NCBI RefSeq assembly: GCF_000018105.1
Contig: NC_009925.1
Span: forward strand, 3,540,001-3,572,000
Direction of reading: 5' to 3'
From: Acaryochloris marina MBIC11017
GTDB lineage: Bacteria > Cyanobacteriota > Cyanobacteriia > Thermosynechococcales > Thermosynechococcaceae
Length of the DNA: 32,000 bases
The number at the start of each line of letters is the position of its first letter. Position 1 is the first letter of the stretch. The notes below the pieces were generated by a model. That model was not told the DNA's origin. It ran no database searches and saw only the letters and a list, made by a program, of their open reading frames with translations. The translations under genes were made by a program, and so were the position numbers. Shown piece after piece: positions 26,433 to 32,000 of the stretch.

Positions 26433-27452
26433 ATGACGGCCTTTGATCCTAATGGCGTGGGCCTAGAAAATGGCAATCTGTTTGGCCTGCCCTTCGACTT
26501 TGACAGTGCCCAGATTATCGTTTGGGGCATTCCCTGGGAAGTGACGGTTTCCTACGGTTCTGGGACAGCTCAAGGACCAGCAGCGATTCTGCGAGAGTCC
26601 CCACAGTTGGATTTATACGATTTTGATCATCCAGGTGGCTGGCAGCAAGGTATTTATCTGGCGGGCATTCCCGACTTTATCCTGGCTAAAAATGATGAGA
26701 TAAAAGCCAAGGCTCAAGCCGTGATTGAGCATACCAGTCAAGGCCATACGGTTGCCGATTCATCCACCTTGATGACCGCGCTAACGGAAGTGAATCAGGA
26801 ATGTCGCCACCTTAATCAGTGGATTTATCAGCAAGCCCAAACTGTTCTGGCTCAGGGGAAAAAGCTGGCACTTTTAGGCGGAGACCACAGCATTCCCTTG
26901 GGCTACTTGCAGGCATTGGCTGAGCAGTATGACGAATTTGGTATTCTTCAAATCGATGCCCATTCCGATTTACGTCAAGCCTATCAAGGGTTTGAATTTT
27001 CCCATGCATCGATTATGGCTAATGTCTTGAAACTGCCCCAGGTCAGGAAGCTTGTTCAGGTGGGGGTGCGGGATGTCTGTGCGGCTGAAGTTGAAACCGT
27101 CGCTCAATCCCAGGGACGAATTGTGACCTACTATGATCCAGACCTGAAGACGCAGCTTTATCAAGGGACGACTTGGCACTCCCTTTGCCAAGAGATGGTG
27201 ACGCATCTTCCTCAGCAGGTCTACATTAGTTTTGATGTGGATGGGTTAGACCCCAAGTTATGCCCCCACACGGGTACTCCGGTTCCGGGTGGATTGGAGT
27301 TGGAAGCAGCTTTTTATCTGTGTCGAAGGATTGTTCACAGTGGGCGATCGCTCATTGGCTGTGATATCTGTGAAGTGGGGAATGGGGTGTGGGACGGCAA
27401 TGTGGGTGCTCGAATTCTCTACAAACTCTGTAATTTGATGGGGCTATCTTAG
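26433..27452 (+). CDS. speB: Agmatinase-family ureohydrolase (arginase fold)
   Basis: The Mn-binding motifs GGDHSI, QIDAHSDL and SFDVDGLDP are present. It starts 4 nt after the fusion gene's stop. The substrate (agmatine or N1-aminopropylagmatine) cannot be decided from sequence. Confidence 0.8.
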   Translation: MTAFDPNGVGLENGNLFGLPFDFDSAQIIVWGIPWEVTVSYGSGTAQGPAAILRESPQLDLYDFDHPGGWQQGIYLAGIPDFILAKNDEIKAKAQAVIEHTSQGHTVADSSTLMTALTEVNQECRHLNQWIYQQAQTVLAQGKKLALLGGDHSIPLGYLQALAEQYDEFGILQIDAHSDLRQAYQGFEFSHASIMANVLKLPQVRKLVQVGVRDVCAAEVETVAQSQGRIVTYYDPDLKTQLYQGTTWHSLCQEMVTHLPQQVYISFDVDGLDPKLCPHTGTPVPGGLELEAAFYLCRRIVHSGRSLIGCDICEVGNGVWDGNVGARILYKLCNLMGLS

Positions 27453-27560
27453 TCCTAGATATAACCTAACCTGTAAACGGCACTAGCACCTGAAGTCAAA
27501 TGACGCTTGTTGATTTGGAGTCAGAGTTTAACGCTAGTGAGAGCGCACCTGCAATGCTGG

Positions 27561-27761
27561 TCAAACTTGCTGACGTTGCCAAAAGTGATCGGATTGAAGT
27601 GCTTCTGAGAATTCCTGTGCGCTATAGCATCGAGTCGGCTTGCGCTGTCTGAGTTCCTGGCAAGCGGACTGTACTTCAAGATCTTTTACAAACAAACGTC
27701 CTCTTTGACGTTGTTCAATTAACTCTAAAAGTTCAGTGACAGAGTAATGCGAAAATTGCAT
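27561..27761 (-). CDS. Small hypothetical protein (66 aa)
   Basis: A near-perfect SD (TAAGGAGGT) lies 4 nt upstream of the ATG at 27761. No family is recognised. The local region is A+T-richer. Confidence 0.5.
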   Translation of the reverse strand: MQFSHYSVTELLELIEQRQRGRLFVKDLEVQSACQELRQRKPTRCYSAQEFSEALQSDHFWQRQQV

Positions 27762-28024
27762 GCTTACCTCCTTATGGCCAAGTCTCTTCTACAGTGCCAA
27801 AGGGATGAATACAATAGTAACCAAGTCTACGGTTTTGATGATTAACACTTCCCACGTAGTAGTATGCATCTGTTCTCCCAGGAATAGCTTTAAGTCAAGT
27901 TCTGACTGACCAACCCTGCGGACAATTTTCTTCAATTTGACTCGCTAACTCAATCTGGATTTTAGTGAGAATAGGCATAATTCTGTTGGGTCAATAACCT
28001 CCATCATCTATATGAGTAAATGCG

Positions 28025-28639
28025 ATGTCTCAGATCCACACGAATCGTGATTTATGCCCTGAGATTAATAACTTATTGCAACAGCAGATCCAGAACCAGC
28101 GCACACTTGAAATATATCTGAGAGCTTTATTAGCAGGTGTTAATTGTTATGCAGATGCTGTTTCCATCCGGGCTAATGAATTTTATGAGCTCTTAGAAAG
28201 AGGATTTGTTGGTGTTCCATTACCTTTTAGTACCGAATGGAATGAACAGTATGATGATCTTCCGAACAATTTCGCAAGCTTTCATAGTGTTCAGTTAACC
28301 TTAATTAGACAAATCGTTGATCTGCATGAAATGGCTGATCACGGCATGCTTGCCAACAAACTACGATATTTTGGAATCCATTCCCCCCGGAAATCAATTT
28401 GGTATAACTTTGAGCCAGTAAGCTATCTTGAATGTGCTGTGGCTGGTTCCTTGGACGTCGAGGATTCACGAAATGATACCCTGCAGCAATTTGTTCCAGG
28501 TTTAATCGAAGCCTTAGACGATAGTGCTCAACAGGGAACCAAAAATTCAGACGATATGCCTTCTCCTCAGAACGATTTAGAAAGGGTTACTTGGCAACAA
28601 TTTCAAGTGTTTCTTGACTGCGGGCAAATGTACGAATGA
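28025..28639 (+). CDS. Hypothetical protein (204 aa), no recognisable family
   Basis: The ORF is clean but has no obvious SD. Its G+C is noticeably lower than its neighbours. Its stop is separated by only 2 nt from the convergent gatA stop. Confidence 0.5.
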   Translation: MSQIHTNRDLCPEINNLLQQQIQNQRTLEIYLRALLAGVNCYADAVSIRANEFYELLERGFVGVPLPFSTEWNEQYDDLPNNFASFHSVQLTLIRQIVDLHEMADHGMLANKLRYFGIHSPRKSIWYNFEPVSYLECAVAGSLDVEDSRNDTLQQFVPGLIEALDDSAQQGTKNSDDMPSPQNDLERVTWQQFQVFLDCGQMYE

Positions 28640-28641
28640 GA

Positions 28642-30090
28642 TTATAGTTTGGGAGATGCCTTGTGCCATTCTGTAGATTGCTCATAGGCATAGGCCGCTT
28701 GTAGCACCTGATCTTCCCGTAAGACATTACCAATCATCTGCAAACCAATCGGTAATCCTTGATCATCAAAGCCACAGGGTAGGCTCAAACCCGGTAATCC
28801 AGCTAAATTCACAGGAATCGTCATTAAGTCAGAGAGATACATGCTTAAGGGATCAGCTGTTTTCTCCCCGGCCTTAAATGCGGTTGTTGGCGTGGTGGGA
28901 CAGACCAACACATCTACACTCTCAAACGCCTTCTCAAAGTCTTCTTTGATTAACGTGCGGACTTTTTGGGCTTTTAGATAGTAAGCATCGTAATAGCCCG
29001 CAGACAGGGCATAGGTGCCAATCATAATTCGGCGTTTCACTTCAGCCCCGAACCCCTCAGCCCGAGTATTCGTGTACATAGACATCAGATCGTCGGGGTC
29101 ATCGGTGCGGTAGCCATACTTGACGCCATCGTAGCGGGCTAGGTTGGCAGAGGCTTCCGACGGGGCAATCACATAATACGTGGGCAACCCATAGCGGAAG
29201 CGTGGACAAGAAATCTCTTGGACCTCAGCGCCTAGTTCAGCTAATTGATCGATCGCCTTGCGAACGACCTTTTCTACGACCTCATCTAAACCTTCCCCAA
29301 AGGTTTCGGTGATCACTCCTACCTTTTTCCCTTTAAGGTCAGGAATCAGAGACTTGGAATAATCAGGAATTTCGACTTTGAGGCTAGTAGAGTCTTGGGG
29401 GTCGTAACCTGCGATTTCTTGTAATAGGATGGCTGCATCTTCGACGGTGCGACCAAAAGGACCAATTTGATCCAAGGAAGAGGCATAAGCCACCAGACCA
29501 AAGCGAGATACTAATCCGTAGGTAGGCTTGAGACCAACCACACCACAGAGGGCTGCTGGCTGCCGAATAGAGCCACCTGTATCCGAGCCAATGGATACCA
29601 CACATTCATCAGCCGCTACCGCTGCAGCCGAGCCCCCCGAGGAACCGCCCGGCACGCGGGAGACATCCCAGGGATTGCCCGTGACTTGATAGGCAGAGTT
29701 TTCTGTGGAGCTGCCCATGGCAAATTCATCTAGGTTGGTTTTACCCACCATAACTGCCCCCGCTGCCGCTAATTTTTGGGTTACGGTAGACTCGTAAGGG
29801 GGAATAAAGTTTTGAAGGATTTTTGACCCACAGGTTGTAGCAATTCCTTTGGTACACATATTATCTTTGATACCAATGGGAATCCCCGCTAGTAAACCAA
29901 TCTCTTCCCCCGCAGCTAACTGAGCATCGACCTGTTTAGCTTGGGCGAGTGCTTGGTCAGCAGTAATGGCCAAAAAACTATGGAGTTTGGGTTCTAATTG
30001 ATGAATGGTTTCCAGGGCTGCTTCGGTAATTTCTTGGGCTGAGCGCTCTTTAGTGATCAGCTCTTGATGCAACGCTTGGATGGATGCCAT
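28642..30090 (-). CDS. gatA: Glutamyl-tRNA(Gln)/aspartyl-tRNA(Asn) amidotransferase subunit A
   Basis: It has the amidase signature [12 protein letters not shown] and [12 protein letters not shown]. The start is set at the ATG at 30090 ([12 protein letters not shown]..). The 51 extra codons in the track ORF overlap the divergent GH57 gene. Confidence 0.92.
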   Translation of the reverse strand: MASIQALHQELITKERSAQEITEAALETIHQLEPKLHSFLAITADQALAQAKQVDAQLAAGEEIGLLAGIPIGIKDNMCTKGIATTCGSKILQNFIPPYESTVTQKLAAAGAVMVGKTNLDEFAMGSSTENSAYQVTGNPWDVSRVPGGSSGGSAAAVAADECVVSIGSDTGGSIRQPAALCGVVGLKPTYGLVSRFGLVAYASSLDQIGPFGRTVEDAAILLQEIAGYDPQDSTSLKVEIPDYSKSLIPDLKGKKVGVITETFGEGLDEVVEKVVRKAIDQLAELGAEVQEISCPRFRYGLPTYYVIAPSEASANLARYDGVKYGYRTDDPDDLMSMYTNTRAEGFGAEVKRRIMIGTYALSAGYYDAYYLKAQKVRTLIKEDFEKAFESVDVLVCPTTPTTAFKAGEKTADPLSMYLSDLMTIPVNLAGLPGLSLPCGFDDQGLPIGLQMIGNVLREDQVLQAAYAYEQSTEWHKASPKL

Positions 30091-30141
30091 GCAGCAAATC
30101 CTTCTGTTCAAAATGTGCCAATCCTCAGTATACGGTGACCT

Positions 30142-32000
30142 ATGACTCACCCGCTTTATATCGCCTTTATTTGGCATCAGCATCAGCCTCTTTATAAAAG
30201 CCGAGTCACCGGCCAATACCGACTTCCTTGGGTTCGGTTGCACGGTACAAAGGATTATTTAGATCTCGTCTTGTTGCTGAGTCGCTACCCCAAGTTGCAT
30301 CAAACCGTCAACTTGGTGCCATCCCTGCTCATGCAGATCGAGGACTATGTAGCGAGGACTGCCATTGACCCTTATTTGGAAGTGGCGACTCTGCCTACAG
30401 AAAAGCTGACGCCAGAACAACATCAATTTATTGCCCAGCATTTCTTTGATGCCCATCACCAAACTTTGGTTGATCCCCATCCTCGCTATGCAGAACTGTT
30501 TTGCCAGAAGCAGGAAAAAGGGGAAGCCTGGTGCCTAGAAAACTGGACGGCCCAAGACTATGGCGATTTATTGGCCTGGCACAATCTCGCCTGGATTGAT
30601 CCCCTGTTTTGGGATGATCCGGATATTGCTCGCTGGCTCAAACAGGACCGCGATTTTAGTCTTCAGGACCGCAAAGATATTATCGAAAAGCAGCGCCAGA
30701 TCCTCAGTCGCATTGTGCCTCAACATCGACAGATGCAGGATGACGGTCAGCTAGAGGTGATGACAACTCCCTATACTCACCCCATTTTGCCCCTGTTAGC
30801 GGATACCGATGCGGGACGGGTTGCGGTGCCCCATATGGATTTACCGGAAGCCCAGTTCCAATGGCCAGAAGATATCCCTCGCCACTTGCAAAAAGGGTGG
30901 GAGATGTACGAAGAACGATTTGGACGTGCTCCCCGCGGATTATGGCCATCTGAGCAGTCGGTGAGTCCTAGTATTTTGCCCTATGTGGCCAAGCAGGGGT
31001 TTGACTGGCTATGCTCCGATGAGGCGGTTTTAGGGTGGACCACCCATCATTTCTTCCATCGAGATGAATATGGCAATGTCTTTGAACCGGAGATTCTCTA
31101 CCAGCCCTATCGCTTAAGTACCTATGAAGGTGATCTGTCGATTGTCTTTCGAGATCACCGATTGTCGGATCTCGTAGGCTTTACCTATAGCGCTATGCAG
31201 CCAAAAGAAGCCGCCTCTGATTTAGTGGGGCATCTGCATGCGATCGCAAACACCCTCATCGACCGCCAACCTGAAGAAGGCACCGCTTTGGCGAAGCCCT
31301 GGCTGGTGACGATTGCCCTCGATGGCGAAAACTGTTGGGAATACTATGAACGGGATGGCATTCCTTTCCTAGAAAGCCTCTATCAAAGGCTGAGTGAGAT
31401 TGATGACCTCAAACTCGTCACCGTCTCTGAATATCTGGAACAGTTCCCACCCCAAGCAACTCTGCCGACGACTAAACTCCATAGCGGATCTTGGGTGGAT
31501 GGTAGCTTCACCACTTGGATTGGCGATCCCGTTAAGAATCGAGCTTGGGATTTATTGACCGAGGCGAGAAAGACTTTAGAGAAGCATCCTGAAGCCACAG
31601 AAGAACAGAACCCAGATGCCTGGGAAGCCTTATACGCTGCAGAAGGATCTGACTGGTTTTGGTGGTTTGGTGAAGGACATTCTTCCAATCAAGATGAAAT
31701 TTTTGATCAGCTTTTCCGGGAGCATTTAGTCGCTCTCTATCAATCCTTAGACGAGCCAGTCCCCGAAGTACTTCAGTATCCTTTAGAAGAACATCAGTCC
31801 ACAGCAGATCATCGTCCCCAAAGCTTTATCCACCCTGTGATCAATGGCGTTGTGGATGAACAAGATTGGGATCATGCAGGTCGGATAACCATCGCTGGCT
31901 CCAGAGGTACGATGCATCGCAGTAGTACCATCCAGCGTCTCTGGTATGGCTTAGACCATCTGAATTTTTACATGCGATTCGATTTTCAGGTGGGTAAAAA
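30142..32000 (+). CDS. Glycoside hydrolase family 57 protein (5' part; continues beyond the window)
   Basis: This ORF is absent from the track because it has no stop in the window. The ATG at 30142 opens [63 protein letters not shown]. Further on come [26 protein letters not shown] and [11 protein letters not shown], all GH57 hallmarks. I spot-translated the frame rather than translating every codon. Confidence 0.85.
   Translation, partial: MTHPLYIAFIWHQHQPLYKSRVTGQYRLPWVRLHGTKDYLDLVLLLSRYPKLHQTVNLVPSLLMQIEDYVARTAIDPYLEVATLPTEKLTPEQHQFIAQHFFDAHHQTLVDPHPRYAELFCQKQEKGEAWCLENWTAQDYGDLLAWHNLAWIDPLFWDDPDIARWLKQDRDFSLQDRKDIIEKQRQILSRIVPQHRQMQDDGQLEVMTTPYTHPILPLLADTDAGRVAVPHMDLPEAQFQWPEDIPRHLQKGWEMYEERFGRAPRGLWPSEQSVSPSILPYVAKQGFDWLCSDEAVLGWTTHHFFHRDEYGNVFEPEILYQPYRLSTYEGDLSIVFRDHRLSDLVGFTYSAMQPKEAASDLVGHLHAIANTLIDRQPEEGTALAKPWLVTIALDGENCWEYYERDGIPFLESLYQRLSEIDDLKLVTVSEYLEQFPPQATLPTTKLHSGSWVDGSFTTWIGDPVKNRAWDLLTEARKTLEKHPEATEEQNPDAWEALYAAEGSDWFWWFGEGHSSNQDEIFDQLFREHLVALYQSLDEPVPEVLQYPLEEHQSTADHRPQSFIHPVINGVVDEQDWDHAGRITIAGSRGTMHRSSTIQRLWYGLDHLNFYMRFDFQVGK

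Noticed and set aside
27765-27905. A minus-strand 41-codon open frame (..LKAIPGRTDAYYYVGSVNHQNRRLGYYCIHPFGTVEETWP*) ending inside the SD of the 66-aa ORF, giving a toxin-antitoxin-like layout
   Set aside because: It has no start codon; an in-frame TGA lies immediately upstream. I recognise no family. At most it is a gene remnant, and I mention it only as context for the A+T-rich islet.
30091-30243. The N-terminal 51-codon extension of the gatA ORF as listed in the track (533 aa, start 30243)
   Set aside because: GatA homology begins at [12 protein letters not shown] (ATG at 30090). The extension overlaps the first 34 codons of the divergent GH57 gene (ATG at 30142, [19 protein letters not shown]..), which has strong family motifs.
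1-32000. A search by eye for CRISPR arrays, tRNA or rRNA genes, transposases, integrases, IS-type terminal inverted repeats and phage genes
   Set aside because: I found none. The only direct tandem repeats are the intragenic TPR units, and the short palindromes are HIP1 copies. Small structured RNAs cannot be excluded without covariance-model searches.

Overview
The window looks like a cyanobacterial chromosomal segment. The HIP1 palindrome GCGATCGC recurs many times, for example at 4371, 9358, 11415, 13560, 14382, 14416 and 14671. I support about 34 coding regions and found no tRNA, rRNA, CRISPR array or transposase. Housekeeping genes dominate: phoD, aqpZ, rsmI, fabD-plsC, def, a polyprenyl-phosphate sugar transferase, an M48 peptidase, gatA and a GH57 glycoside hydrolase that runs off the 3' end. 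The best candidate for an undescribed system is at 7265-10206. It encodes a TIR domain, a coiled coil, a P-loop NB-ARC-type STAND NTPase and a TPR array, which is an NLR-like architecture. The reading frame is broken once at the TIR/linker junction. The TPR array contains three near-identical 120-bp tandem units. A Uma2 (PD-(D/E)xK) nuclease gene converges on its 3' end. Other notable items: (1) a textbook MerR-type promoter (TTGACT, 19 bp with a dyad, TAAGGT) in front of a decayed MerR-family gene; (2) a membrane-anchored protein with three copies of the factor-binding helix pair of ribosomal protein L7/L12; (3) a 206-codon frame split by one in-frame TAA, directly downstream of a 2H phosphoesterase gene; (4) a fused AdoMet decarboxylase-aminopropyltransferase gene 4 nt upstream of an agmatinase-family ureohydrolase gene; (5) an A+T-richer islet with two orphan ORFs. 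All family calls rest on motifs I read by eye. No database searches were run.
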